IMG/VR virus record: IMGVR_UViG_3300043080_000590
Location: 322,386-379,029 of that record
DNA length: 56,644 bases
Reading direction: 5' to 3' (one strand)
Source: a virus
Lineage: Duplodnaviria; Heunggongvirae; Uroviricota; Caudoviricetes
Shown here: positions 40,031 to 50,688 of the stretch, in pieces
Position numbering within the stretch: the first letter of the stretch is position 1
Layout: every line of letters begins with the position of its first letter
The notes under the pieces: model-generated
The model's database searches: none
Seen by the model: only the letters and a program-made list of their open reading frames with translations
Told to the model about the DNA's origin: nothing
Program-made: the position numbers and the translations under genes

Positions 40031-41354
40031 TTTAACTATTCCTATAAGTGATGGTTATAACATTATAACAATAGATTTAAATAATTCTAATTATACTATA
40101 ATATGTTGTGATGATGAAAAAGGTTTCTATTTAAAAGATATGCCACCAATAACTTATATGTTAAATGATATAGAAATGGTAAATAATAATAAATATGCTA
40201 ATATAGATAAGTTGTTAAACAATGATTTCTTTAGCTATATGTTTTTATTTGCAGAACCTTTTAATAAAAAACTTTCTAAACATATTTTAAAGAATATGCA
40301 CTTTTCTCCATATATTTTTTTACCAGTTTGTAGAATGTTCGATTTAAAAGATATACGGAGAGTGTTTTATGATGGTATGATGGATTTTTGTTGTTTGAAA
40401 ATAACAAGATTATGGAATAATGAGTATAATGAGTTGTGTTTTGACAAAAAAACGCAAGAATTATTAACTATTATCATCAATAAAATGCAGTGGCTTTTTC
40501 AAATGTCCGCTGATGAAATTGTTACGTATGTATTAAAAAATAACAATAATATTCAAATAGACGAACTTGAACTTAAAAATTTTGTTTTTATTTTTAATAA
40601 ATACTTTGTGGCTAATGACGAAAACAAGAATTATATAATCAATCTTTTCAATAAATGTTGTAATAATATTAAAAAGGCATTTCCTGCGTGTAAAAGTTCA
40701 GGTATAGAAGATTATATATCTATAATGTTAATGATTTATGAAGAAGATAAATTACTAAAACAATTAGAGAATGATTATGTTTTATTTTCATTTTTAAAAA
40801 ATGAGCAAAGATTGGCTTTTTACAAAGAATATCCTCAATTCTTTTCAGCCAGAGGGTATTTAAAATTAGTAAAAATGGAAAAATCTTTAAGAGAAAAAAT
40901 AGAAGTTGATAAAAAGTATAGCTATATGAAAATGTATCTTGAAGAATATTCGGTTATAAGTCCTTCTAATATTATTAATGAAATTGCTCATAATAATTCT
41001 TTGAAATACTTTAATCAATTTATGTTGCAAATGGAAAGGATAAATTCAAAAGAAGAAGTGGATATTGTGAAAGGATTATTAAAGGATTTTGGAATATTGA
41101 GATTCTTAAAATACAATAAGAAAAAATCTAATGATGGTTGGCGTAAAATTCATATTTCAAATATGCTTATCGCATTATTAAGTTTGTTTAATTGTGCAAT
41201 TGATGAAAAAATGGAAAATAAAATTCTTGATGAATTAAGTGATTCGTATTATGACCTTAAAATCTTTACTCATATCGGTAAAAATTACACTTGGAAAAGT
41301 ATTAAAACGCAAAAATTTTATAAACATATTCTTATGGCTAAGAAAATAACTTAA
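40023..41354 (+). CDS. Helical paralog family member (type B2)
   Basis: Collinear with 37450. Confidence 0.7.
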   Translation: MLDLTIPISDGYNIITIDLNNSNYTIICCDDEKGFYLKDMPPITYMLNDIEMVNNNKYANIDKLLNNDFFSYMFLFAEPFNKKLSKHILKNMHFSPYIFLPVCRMFDLKDIRRVFYDGMMDFCCLKITRLWNNEYNELCFDKKTQELLTIIINKMQWLFQMSADEIVTYVLKNNNNIQIDELELKNFVFIFNKYFVANDENKNYIINLFNKCCNNIKKAFPACKSSGIEDYISIMLMIYEEDKLLKQLENDYVLFSFLKNEQRLAFYKEYPQFFSARGYLKLVKMEKSLREKIEVDKKYSYMKMYLEEYSVISPSNIINEIAHNNSLKYFNQFMLQMERINSKEEVDIVKGLLKDFGILRFLKYNKKKSNDGWRKIHISNMLIALLSLFNCAIDEKMENKILDELSDSYYDLKIFTHIGKNYTWKSIKTQKFYKHILMAKKIT

Positions 41355-41372
41355 TAGAAAAGGGGTTAAAAA

Positions 41373-42458
41373 ATGGATGTACGTAATATTATAAATAAAA
41401 AAATACACTCTTTGGAAGAAATAAAATATTTTACAGCGAATTATGATTTTTTTAATGAATTAAATATTCATATTCCAAAATGTTCTTTTAGTGAAGAAGA
41501 ATTAAAATTTATAGTAAGCAATTTAAATTCAAGACAGTTGGAGTTGAGAATTGTTCATGCTCATTTAGAAGATGATGATAATAATTTTTCGTATGCTATG
41601 CAAACATTTGTGGAGAAATTTAAATATAGATATAATACTAATATTGATTTTAAAGAGCTTGTAGAGTGTATGGTGGATAATAATATAAATCTGTATGACA
41701 AGTACACAGCAATGAATTTTATCATAGACTTCTATGATTTTTTATCTGCTGAGTATTTAAATAAAATTGTCAAAAAAATTTTGATAAACTTTAGCGAATT
41801 TACAGATTATAAATATCTTAAATTTATACTTATTTTAAAAGACGAAGATTTTGATTTTCTATTAAAACATAACGCACGGTTGCAATCGTTTTGTAATGAT
41901 GTAGCATTTTTTGAAATATTAAAATCAATTTCAAAAGGTTTGCATTATGGTGAAACATATAGAGATATAAATGTGAGGACAATATTTAGACTTTTTGAGT
42001 ATTCAAAGAAACATTATTCTGTTTCTTCCAATAAAGATGTATATCTTTATTTGTTAGACAGAGTTATGTATGCACAAGATGCTGAAATTTTGAAGAAGAA
42101 TCATAAAGAAGTATTTAAGAAAATTGGGCAAGTAATATCTTTGTCATTAGAGTATCAAAGAATGGGAGATATAATGTTTTTTAAAAATAATTTTTTCTTG
42201 AATAATGAATGTTATAGTTCCAAAAGAAGAAATGAAAAAAGAACGTGTTTTTATAGATTTTTAAATATTATGAGTGAATTTTTATCAGAAAAAGATGAAC
42301 TTAAAATACTTAAATCTTTAAGATACAAATACTGGGGTTATGACAATTATGAAATAAAAGAATTATATAAAAATTGTAAGTTTAGTCATGCTGCTTCAAC
42401 AAAGTATTTGAGAACACAAGTTTTTTTACTTAAATTAAATGTAGATGCGAATGTTTAA
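41373..42458 (+). CDS. Helical paralog family member
   Basis: C-terminal RFLNIMSEFLSEKDE...YLRTQVFLLKL. Confidence 0.65.
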   Translation: MDVRNIINKKIHSLEEIKYFTANYDFFNELNIHIPKCSFSEEELKFIVSNLNSRQLELRIVHAHLEDDDNNFSYAMQTFVEKFKYRYNTNIDFKELVECMVDNNINLYDKYTAMNFIIDFYDFLSAEYLNKIVKKILINFSEFTDYKYLKFILILKDEDFDFLLKHNARLQSFCNDVAFFEILKSISKGLHYGETYRDINVRTIFRLFEYSKKHYSVSSNKDVYLYLLDRVMYAQDAEILKKNHKEVFKKIGQVISLSLEYQRMGDIMFFKNNFFLNNECYSSKRRNEKRTCFYRFLNIMSEFLSEKDELKILKSLRYKYWGYDNYEIKELYKNCKFSHAASTKYLRTQVFLLKLNVDANV

Positions 42459-42504
42459 AAATCCTTTATTTTTTTGTATAAGAAAAAAGATAGGAGGATT
42501 CATT

Positions 42505-45048
42505 ATGAAGAATTTTGTACATTTGCATACACATTCTGTGTTTTCATTATTAGATGGATTAACAAAAGTAGAAGATATGGTGGATAAAACACTTAAGCTT
42601 GAATTGCCTGCTTCTTGTATAACAGACCACGGAAATATGTATTCTTTTGTAAATCATTTTAAATATGCAGAAGAAAATGGTCAAAAACCAATAGCAGGCT
42701 TTGAAGCTTATGTTGTAAATGATTTAACGGTAAAAAATAAAGACGAAAAAAGAGAGCATTTAGTATTATTAGCTAAGAATAATGATGGCTATAAACAAAT
42801 GTCTAAAATATGTAGCATTGGTGCTACGCAAGGTATGTATTACAGACCACGTATTGATGACAAAATAATGCAAGAAGTTGGCACTGAGAATCTTATTGCC
42901 AGTTCTGCTTGTTTTCTTATGAATACCGATGTAATAACAAAACGTGGTATAAAACCTATACAAAATGTCACAGAAGAAGATTATGTTCTTACGCACTTAG
43001 GAAGATATAAAAAAGTTAATAAATCATTCAGTATGTTGTACAGCGATGATATTTATAATATACGTTCAAATAGTTTTCCTATCAATTGCACCAAAGACCA
43101 TAAATTCTTAGTCGTTAAAGATAATAATGTTGAATGGAAGGAAGCACAAGAATTAACTGAAAATGATTATTTGCTTCAAGTTGTAGAAGATACTGTTGAT
43201 AAGTTTGAAGAATTAGATGTATCTTTTCTTAAAAAACAAGGAAAGTTAAAAAGTTATACAATAAAACTCACTAATGAATTTTTAGAGTTTTTGGCAATAT
43301 ATTGTGTAATGGGAATAGATTCAAGTGCTGCCGTATCTTTTATTGTTGATTGTGAAAATATTTTATTAATAAATAAAATTACAACGGAATTAGAAAATTT
43401 AGTAAATATTCCATTTACAATAGTAAACAACTTAGAAAAAAAACAAGTAGCAATAACTATTTGTAGTGAAGAAGTAAGTAGTTTATTAAGGTATTTGATG
43501 GGAAGTAATGTTATTAGTAATTCTAATTCTAAAATGCTCCCAGATATTATTAAATGGTTATCTTTTGATAAACAATTGTTTTTTTTAAAAGGGTTTATAA
43601 TAAATAATAGTTCTTTTGAAGATGGTAAAGTAAGTGTGGTATTATATTCTAAACAGTTATATTATGATATATCTCATATGCTTGCTAGATGTAACGTATC
43701 ACATACGGTTGAAAGTCAAAATAGATATATTGATGACTTAGAGTTTTTACATAATGCTACTTTTACTGTAACTATTGAGGACGAAGATTTTATAAACTTT
43801 TTATACAATGGTGAAAGTTTTAGATTAAAGCATTTTTTTGAAGTTGATGGAGTAAAATATATAAAGAATAAAATCCAATCAATAACTGCAAATTGGGCAG
43901 AATTAAACGTATATTGTTTGGAAGTAGATGAAGATTCTTCTTTTGTAGCTAATAATGTAGTTACACATAATTGTCTTGCAGGTAGAATACCTAGGTGCTT
44001 GCTAAAAGACGATATAGAAAAGGCTGAATACTGGTGTAAGCATTACGCTCAAATGTTTAAAAATAGCTTTTATTTGGAAATACAACCTACTGAGATACCC
44101 TCACAGGTAAAAGTAAATAAAGGGTTGATTGAACTAAGTAAAAAATTGGGCATACCTTTAATAGCAAGTACGGATGCACATTATTTAAATAAAGAGGATA
44201 AAGAAACTCACGATGTGTTGCTTTGCTTGCAGACTAAAGATTTATTAAGTAATCCTAATAGATGGACTTTTGAAGGTAACAGCTATTATATAATGTCTTA
44301 TGAGGAAATAATAGACGCTTTTAAAAAGAATGGTCATGAAGAATTAGACCAAGATGCTGTATTAGAAGCAATTCATAATACAGTTGATGTAGCTAAACAA
44401 TGTAATGTTCATATTGATTTTGGTAAACATTATTTGCCTAAAATAGAACCACCTAAAGATGATGACAATTATAATAAGCAAGTAGAAAAAAAATTAAAAA
44501 GAGATAAAAATTTTAAAAGTGATGATGCTTCATATTTAAGATATTTATGTTTGCAAGGATTAAAAAGGAAATTGCCAGACCTTGACACAAACCTTGAAAA
44601 AAGAAAAATCTATTTAGATAGATTAAATCACGAATTAGAAGTAATTGAAACAATGGGTTTCCCATCTTACTTCTTAATAGTTGCAGATTATATTAACTAT
44701 GCAGATAAAGTTGCTAAAATGGGCGTAGGTCCTGGTAGAGGTTGCTTTACTCCTGATAATTTAGTTAATACTGAAAATAGAGGGTTAGTAAAAATTGCAG
44801 ATGTAATTGTAAATGATTTGATAAAAGGTCATGATGAAAAAACTCATAAAGTAATAAATACTTTAAATTATGATTGTGATGAAGAAGTCTTGCAAATATT
44901 TTCAGAAGATGGTAAATCACTTACACTAACAAAAGACCATAAATTATTTGCTATCAAAAAAGAGGATTTTGATAAAGGGATAAGAACTCCTCAGTGGTAT
45001 GGAGCTGATGAATTAAACGAAAATGACTATATAGCCGAATTAGAATAA
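42505..45048 (+). CDS. dnaE: DNA polymerase III alpha subunit, N-terminal gene (PHP domain, cis-intein, ends in split intein N-half)
   Basis: FVHLHTHSVFSLLDG, ITDHGN, STDAHY, ELEVIETMGFPSYFLIVADYI, GPGRG; RBS AGGAGG before ATG 42505. Confidence 0.93.
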   Translation: MKNFVHLHTHSVFSLLDGLTKVEDMVDKTLKLELPASCITDHGNMYSFVNHFKYAEENGQKPIAGFEAYVVNDLTVKNKDEKREHLVLLAKNNDGYKQMSKICSIGATQGMYYRPRIDDKIMQEVGTENLIASSACFLMNTDVITKRGIKPIQNVTEEDYVLTHLGRYKKVNKSFSMLYSDDIYNIRSNSFPINCTKDHKFLVVKDNNVEWKEAQELTENDYLLQVVEDTVDKFEELDVSFLKKQGKLKSYTIKLTNEFLEFLAIYCVMGIDSSAAVSFIVDCENILLINKITTELENLVNIPFTIVNNLEKKQVAITICSEEVSSLLRYLMGSNVISNSNSKMLPDIIKWLSFDKQLFFLKGFIINNSSFEDGKVSVVLYSKQLYYDISHMLARCNVSHTVESQNRYIDDLEFLHNATFTVTIEDEDFINFLYNGESFRLKHFFEVDGVKYIKNKIQSITANWAELNVYCLEVDEDSSFVANNVVTHNCLAGRIPRCLLKDDIEKAEYWCKHYAQMFKNSFYLEIQPTEIPSQVKVNKGLIELSKKLGIPLIASTDAHYLNKEDKETHDVLLCLQTKDLLSNPNRWTFEGNSYYIMSYEEIIDAFKKNGHEELDQDAVLEAIHNTVDVAKQCNVHIDFGKHYLPKIEPPKDDDNYNKQVEKKLKRDKNFKSDDASYLRYLCLQGLKRKLPDLDTNLEKRKIYLDRLNHELEVIETMGFPSYFLIVADYINYADKVAKMGVGPGRGCFTPDNLVNTENRGLVKIADVIVNDLIKGHDEKTHKVINTLNYDCDEEVLQIFSEDGKSLTLTKDHKLFAIKKEDFDKGIRTPQWYGADELNENDYIAELE
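42910..43971 (+). mobile_element. Cis-splicing intein (354 aa) with degenerate LAGLIDADG domain
   Basis: SSA|CFLMNTDV...TKDHKF...VYCLEVDEDSSFVANNVVTHN|CLAG. Confidence 0.92.
44743..45045 (+). mobile_element. Split intein N-half (101 aa)
   Basis: GRG|CFTPDNLV...LTKDHKLF...ADELNENDYIAELE then stop; acidic. Confidence 0.9.
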
Positions 45049-45073
45049 GGTACTCCTTGGGGAGTACCTTTTT
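45047..45073. terminator. Strong bidirectional terminator after dnaE-N
   Basis: AAGGTACTCC/GGAGTACCTT perfect stem plus T run. Confidence 0.85.
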
Positions 45074-46061
45074 ATGTTAGTTTTATTAACATAGCAAGAT
45101 TTTTTAATGTCTTATTGTTATTTTTTTTTGCCAATGATAATAATTGTTTTTTTCTATGTGTCCTTATATTTTCAAAACTATTATTTGTTTCATTAAGTAA
45201 TCTATCAATACAAATATTTTTTTGTCGGTCTGTAAGAATATTTTCAAAAAATAAAATCATACTTATATAATAAAAGTAATCATTATGTTTTTCTACAATA
45301 ATATCTTTTACACAATCAGAAAAATCTACATTCTCATATTCCCTTGTATGAAACAAGTATAAATTTATTCTTTTAAAATAAATGTTTAAAATTCTTTTTC
45401 TGAATTTATCAGGAACATTCCAATTAATTAAACATTCTTTTATTTCTGAATTTTTCATACCACAAAATATATTACAAATAAATATTTCATCATTTTTAAA
45501 CTCAGTATATTTTAAAAACATATCATATAAATCATATTCTTTTATAATATGCGGTGTGTTATTATTCTTTTTTATACCATAAGTTGAAAAGAAATTTAAT
45601 ATATTTGTTCTACTTTTTATTTTTTCTTCAAGTGTTAATACTTTTATTTTATTTATAATAAGATAAGCAAGTTTTTGTACAAAATTTTCAAACAGCTCTT
45701 TTTTCATATACCAAGCCGATAATGCAGACATACAAAAATTACACTCATAGATACTTAATTCATTAATCTTATTTAATAAAAAGTCAAAAAAAGAATTTTC
45801 TGAAATAATATGATTTTTTCCAAATAATTCTACATCAAAATAGAGTTGATAATAAACTTCCATTTGTTCAAAGAGTTTAAGTAAATCTTTTCCACTTATA
45901 TATTTGTTTAGTAATTTACAAAATTCTTCTTCTGGCAATTTTTCCACCAATGATAATAAATAGCGTTTTTTATGAAAATTCATATTATCTTGAATAATAT
46001 TATTTAATTCTTCCTTAGTATATATTTTTTTTAAGTTATTTTTATCATCCATTACAAACAC
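45072..46061 (-). CDS. Helical paralog family member
   Basis: C-terminus TLKNLAMLIKLT; same size and composition as the family. Confidence 0.6.
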   Translation of the reverse strand: MFVMDDKNNLKKIYTKEELNNIIQDNMNFHKKRYLLSLVEKLPEEEFCKLLNKYISGKDLLKLFEQMEVYYQLYFDVELFGKNHIISENSFFDFLLNKINELSIYECNFCMSALSAWYMKKELFENFVQKLAYLIINKIKVLTLEEKIKSRTNILNFFSTYGIKKNNNTPHIIKEYDLYDMFLKYTEFKNDEIFICNIFCGMKNSEIKECLINWNVPDKFRKRILNIYFKRINLYLFHTREYENVDFSDCVKDIIVEKHNDYFYYISMILFFENILTDRQKNICIDRLLNETNNSFENIRTHRKKQLLSLAKKNNNKTLKNLAMLIKLT

Positions 46062-46182
46062 CCTTCATAATAACAGTTAAAAGGCTGTATTTTTATCATA
46101 TAAGGGTTTGTTTGATTTGTGGTATAATTCTTTGCCTAAAAATAAAAACGTCTTATAATTGAAAATACAGCCATTATTTAGT

Positions 46183-47253
46183 TTAACCTATTTTTGAAGC
46201 AACAACATTTCTTATATGCTTCATATCAACAAGTGTTATATCACATCTTCTTTTTGTGAAAGATTCAATGTATTGTAATTCTGCAACATTATTACAAAGA
46301 ATAGCTTTATCAAGAATCCTTTTAAGGTAAAGGTTAAAAGCGTATCTAGGAACTCTATCACCTAAGTTTACAATCAAGTTAATGCACATAATGTAATTAC
46401 AGTTATTAAGACAACCACTACGTTCCAATGCCTTATAAATAAGACTTTTTTCTTGTGAAGTAAGATGAGAAGCATCTGCTTTTCTAAAAGGCGTACAAGA
46501 AAGATATCTTATAATTAAATTGATATCAGTAGTTGGAAGTAAAATTGATGTACTTGGCATCTTTGCTAAGAAATTATCATTTACATCAGCAGGGTTTCTT
46601 AAAACCATATTAACAAGTCTTGGCATATTATGAAAAATGTAATTAACATCCTTATCATCAAGAAGTAATATGAAATTCTTTATCTTTGCTTCGCTATTAG
46701 TATCTATACCATTTTGTGTACATTCTGCAAGGAACAAGTCAATAACCTGTATTAATATATTTCTGCTCATATATTCATTGCAGTAAGTAATTGTATCGCA
46801 AAGGTTTTCTACCTGATTTTCTTTTTTGCAATAGAAAACTATGAAACTATATATAGCTTTCCAAACTTGTTCTGTGTCCTGATTTACAATTCTTTCAAGT
46901 GCTTCAATAAAAGCGATACCATTATTCCTTAAAATATTATTAAGTTCTGTATAACTAAGCTTATTTGCAATTAAGTTATAAACCTGAGTGCCAGTAATAA
47001 CTTGAACTTTTTCAAGTGTGTTTGCAATGATATATTCGTTATTTGTGAACAATTCATTCAAAGCACTTGAAAGTTCATTATTAGTTGTTGCTGAATTTAT
47101 TTTATTAAGAATGGTTACATCATATTCACTAATTACTGAATAAGAGTTTTTTGGTTCTACTACATTAGTAGTAGTTTCGTCATAATCATTATAAGCTGTG
47201 TTGTGATTTACAAGGCTCTTAAAATTACTTACTATTTTCTTAAAGTTCAACAT
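46183..47253 (-). CDS. Helical protein, possible distant family member
   Basis: 356-aa ORF with RBS AAGGAGG and promoter at 47305-47333. Confidence 0.6.
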   Translation of the reverse strand: MLNFKKIVSNFKSLVNHNTAYNDYDETTTNVVEPKNSYSVISEYDVTILNKINSATTNNELSSALNELFTNNEYIIANTLEKVQVITGTQVYNLIANKLSYTELNNILRNNGIAFIEALERIVNQDTEQVWKAIYSFIVFYCKKENQVENLCDTITYCNEYMSRNILIQVIDLFLAECTQNGIDTNSEAKIKNFILLLDDKDVNYIFHNMPRLVNMVLRNPADVNDNFLAKMPSTSILLPTTDINLIIRYLSCTPFRKADASHLTSQEKSLIYKALERSGCLNNCNYIMCINLIVNLGDRVPRYAFNLYLKRILDKAILCNNVAELQYIESFTKRRCDITLVDMKHIRNVVASKIG

Positions 47254-47304
47254 ATTTATATCCTCCTTAAAAGTGTGTTTGTGTTTTCTTTATTTTATGT
47301 TTAT

Positions 47305-47456
47305 ATTATACTATGTTTTTTATAATTTGTCAAGCTTTTTTTCTAAAAAAATGAAATATTTTTAAATTTGTAACACAAAAAGAGTTATAATTATAATTTT
47401 ACAGTTACAACTTTTTCAAAAAAAGTATTGACAAAACATAAAAAAAGTAGTATAAT
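47305..47456. promoter_or_regulatory. Divergent sigma-A-type promoter pair flanking the palindromic site at 47360-47401
   Basis: TTGACA-17-TATAAT at 47333-47305 (-) and 47428-47456 (+). Confidence 0.75.
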
Positions 47457-47517
47457 ATAATCACAGAAATAAAAAAGTACACATTACACAATATTAAATA
47501 ATAAAGGAGGATTTTAT

Positions 47518-48003
47518 ATGTATGGTATTTTTTTAAAGAATGAAGATGGCGAAGAACTTAATTATAGGACACTTAAAACATATTTAAACGCAGCTAAACC
47601 TAAAAACCTTTACAATTATGTTATGGAAAAGACAAATGGTTTTGTATTCTATTCTATATCATTTTATGCAGATGTTTTTAAACAAGGTAAGGTTGATAAG
47701 CGTAAAATGAGAAAAGATTTACTGGATATGTTGATAATTGGTAACACTCTTAATATTGACATAAATAATATGAACCTTAGAATAAATGGAGAAGAAGATT
47801 TTGTTAAGCTGTATAAATCTAATTGTTTAACTCTTGAAGATATAACAAGAATTTATGAAGCAGTTGAAAAATACTATCCTGATTATTACTATCGTTTGTG
47901 GGAAAGATTAAGATTTGAAAATAAGGAAGATGCAGAACAGTTTATTTCTATTGTACAAGATTATTGTACTTATCCTTTGTATGCAAAAGGTAATTGTTAT
48001 TAA
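47518..48003 (+). CDS. Hypothetical protein
   Basis: RBS AAGGAGG and consensus promoter. Confidence 0.7.
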   Translation: MYGIFLKNEDGEELNYRTLKTYLNAAKPKNLYNYVMEKTNGFVFYSISFYADVFKQGKVDKRKMRKDLLDMLIIGNTLNIDINNMNLRINGEEDFVKLYKSNCLTLEDITRIYEAVEKYYPDYYYRLWERLRFENKEDAEQFISIVQDYCTYPLYAKGNCY

Positions 48004-48183
48004 GAATAAATCAAGAAAAAGGGATTATAAAAAATCCCTTTTTTTATGAAATATTTTTCTATTTTCTTGACAAATAGCTATGTTTTGTTGTATAATAATA
48101 TCATAATTAAATTAAACTATCAATTTACTTTATTATTAAAAAGGATGATAAAAACTAATTTTATAAAAACAGGAGCGATGAAA

Positions 48184-49047
48184 ATGAATACAATTAACAT
48201 TGATGAAGTTACGGACGGACAAGTAGTTGTTATAGATGCCATTTTAACAAACTTAAATTTAGTAAAAGCAAAAAATAATAGTTTATTTATTTCAGGAACA
48301 GCTTCAAATAGTAATATGAGTATACCTATAAAAATTTGGAATACTGATGAAGCTACCCTCAATATATTAAAAGATATAAAATTCATTTCTTTGTTAGGAA
48401 CAGTAAGTGTTTATTTGGGAGCAAAAAGTCTTATAGTTTCAAAATATAAAAAAATAAAAGATTATCAATTAAGTGATTTTATCCCTACATATAAAATAAC
48501 AGAGGATAAAAAACAATTTGTTTCTGATGTTATTGATAGTATAGAAACAGAAAACTATAAAAAACTTTTATCCGAACTAATAACAAAGGAATATTATAAA
48601 TTATCTTGTTCAATTTTTAAGTATAATAAACATAATGGTAACTTTGAATACATATATGATTTACTTAACACAGCATACGCATTGTTAAATAATAGTTCTG
48701 AATTGTATTCAAATATAAACAAAGAAGCAGTATTAACTGCTTTATTACTTTGTAATATTGGTAGTCTTGAAGCACAAAAATATGATGAATATTTAATTGC
48801 AGAAGATTTAACAAAGACGGGGAAATTATTAACAATACCTATTTTATCTTTAATGAAAATTATAGAAACTTGTAATAAGTTAGATATAGATATAAAATCA
48901 GAAGATATAATTTCATTAATATCTTTAATTGTAAGTAATAATAATGGAAAGCCTGCCAATTTAAAAGATGTACAGTTCTTCAGACAAATAGTCTATCTTG
49001 TAGAAAGTTTTTGTAAAATGGAAACTTCAATTTCAGATGTAAATTAA
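48184..49047 (+). CDS. YhaM-like OB+HD protein with degenerate HD motifs
   Basis: Collinear with 49672; LLCNIG for LHDIG, SNNNG for SHHG; start inferred from AGGAG RBS (track start 48046). Confidence 0.7.
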   Translation: MNTINIDEVTDGQVVVIDAILTNLNLVKAKNNSLFISGTASNSNMSIPIKIWNTDEATLNILKDIKFISLLGTVSVYLGAKSLIVSKYKKIKDYQLSDFIPTYKITEDKKQFVSDVIDSIETENYKKLLSELITKEYYKLSCSIFKYNKHNGNFEYIYDLLNTAYALLNNSSELYSNINKEAVLTALLLCNIGSLEAQKYDEYLIAEDLTKTGKLLTIPILSLMKIIETCNKLDIDIKSEDIISLISLIVSNNNGKPANLKDVQFFRQIVYLVESFCKMETSISDVN

Positions 49048-49070
49048 AAAAGAGAGGGTTAATCCCTCTC

Positions 49071-49352
49071 TTATTCATCATCAATATTATTATGTAATTC
49101 ATCCATCATTTCGAAAAAAGTTGGTATTTTTTCTACCTGCTCTATTTTTTCTTCTTTGTTAGTATAAGCTATTATCTTACAAGCAAAAATAAAACATATA
49201 ACGCTTGCAGCAAATACTATTAAAGACATTGATATTCCTAGTTCTAAAAATCCATAACAACTGGCAATAGCCAAAAACAAAAAAGAACTAAAACTTCCTA
49301 TTGTACCTGCAATAATCATTGTTATTGCATCTCCTGCTTCGTATTTTTTCAT
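49071..49352 (-). CDS. Small membrane protein (2 TM)
   Basis: Two hydrophobic helices. Confidence 0.65.
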   Translation of the reverse strand: MKKYEAGDAITMIIAGTIGSFSSFLFLAIASCYGFLELGISMSLIVFAASVICFIFACKIIAYTNKEEKIEQVEKIPTFFEMMDELHNNIDDE

Positions 49353-49525
49353 GTTTCTACCTCCGTGTTCAAATATAACAGAATCTTATCTAAACAAGTA
49401 GTTGTGTTTATTGTACAGTCTTTTGTTATTATATCATAGCAAGCACAATGTTCACAAATTAACTTGGTTAGTGTTGTTGCCATTTCTGTAACGCTCATAT
49501 TCTGTATGCTTTCGTAATTTGTCAT
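49349..49525 (-). CDS. Small Cys-rich phage protein (58 aa, not in ORF track)
   Basis: MTNYESIQNMSVTEMA...CEHCAC...; promoter at 49572-49544; stop overlaps the next ATG. Confidence 0.65.
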   Translation of the reverse strand: MTNYESIQNMSVTEMATTLTKLICEHCACYDIITKDCTINTTTCLDKILLYLNTEVET

Positions 49526-49671
49526 TTTTTTCTATCCTTTCACATTATACTACATTTTTTAACTTTTGTCAACAAATATATTTTTTATAAATATTATTTA
49601 ATAAAACTTATCCTTTCTTATATAATAGAAAAAATAAAAAAATAAAAAATTTCAGAAAGGAAGTTTAAATT

Positions 49672-50655
49672 ATGGCAAAATTAAATACGTTTGAAATATC
49701 TAAATTACAAAAAGGTGATACAGGAATTGTTGACCTTATTATAGGTAAAGTTGAGTTGAAGGAAAGAAAAAACAATGGTGGTTTATTTATAGATGGTTAT
49801 GGCTCTAATACAAATATTCCACAAGTTAGATTTAAGTGTTGGGATGAAATTACAGAAACTATGTTTAATGAGGTATTTAAAAAGATAGGTGCTATAAGAA
49901 TTAAATATCGCTGTGATGAATTTAATGGAGAAAAATATTTGAATGTTTTTCAATATGAAGATATAACAAATGAAGCTTGTGATATTGATGGTCTTATTCC
50001 ACAGAGTAAAATATCTGCTGAAAACTTAAAGAAGTATTTTCATAGTGTTGTTAGCAAAATGCAGACAGAAAGTTATCAAGCAATAATAAATGAATTATTA
50101 GTAGATGAGTTTTTTGAAATGGGTGCTGCACTTTCTTGTCATCATAACAGAAGGGGTGGTTTAGCGGAACACACTTATCAAGTATTAAGTGCTGCTAAAT
50201 CTATAATTGAAAGAGATAGGTCTGAGGTTTACAATATAATAAACACAGATTTATTATATGCTGGTTGTATATTACACGATATAGGTAAATTAAAAGAACT
50301 TCACGCAAATTGCTTTGGAATAATTGATGAGTATACAACAATAGGAAAAACACAAGGACATATAAACATTGGTGTGACTATGATAAATGAATGTTGTGAT
50401 AAATTAGGCATTGATAAGTATTCAAAAGAAATTATGTTATTAAATCATTTGATGCTTTCACATCACGGTAAAGAAGAATATGGAAGTCCTGTTAAACCTA
50501 AAACATATGAAGCTATGTTGTTAAATATATATGATAATTTAAGTGCTAAAGCAGATGCGGCAAAAAATGTAATAGATAAGACGGCGAATGGTGATTGGAG
50601 TAGTAAAGTTTTTGCATTAGATAATGTACAATTATTTAATCATATATCAGAATAA
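49672..50655 (+). CDS. yhaM: YhaM/CBF-like 3'-5' exonuclease (OB + HD)
   Basis: HHNRRGGLAEHT, LHDIGK, GHI, LSHHG, YDNLSAK. Confidence 0.85.
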   Translation: MAKLNTFEISKLQKGDTGIVDLIIGKVELKERKNNGGLFIDGYGSNTNIPQVRFKCWDEITETMFNEVFKKIGAIRIKYRCDEFNGEKYLNVFQYEDITNEACDIDGLIPQSKISAENLKKYFHSVVSKMQTESYQAIINELLVDEFFEMGAALSCHHNRRGGLAEHTYQVLSAAKSIIERDRSEVYNIINTDLLYAGCILHDIGKLKELHANCFGIIDEYTTIGKTQGHINIGVTMINECCDKLGIDKYSKEIMLLNHLMLSHHGKEEYGSPVKPKTYEAMLLNIYDNLSAKADAAKNVIDKTANGDWSSKVFALDNVQLFNHISE

Positions 50656-50688
50656 AAAGTAGGGTGGATTTAAATATCCACCCTTTTC

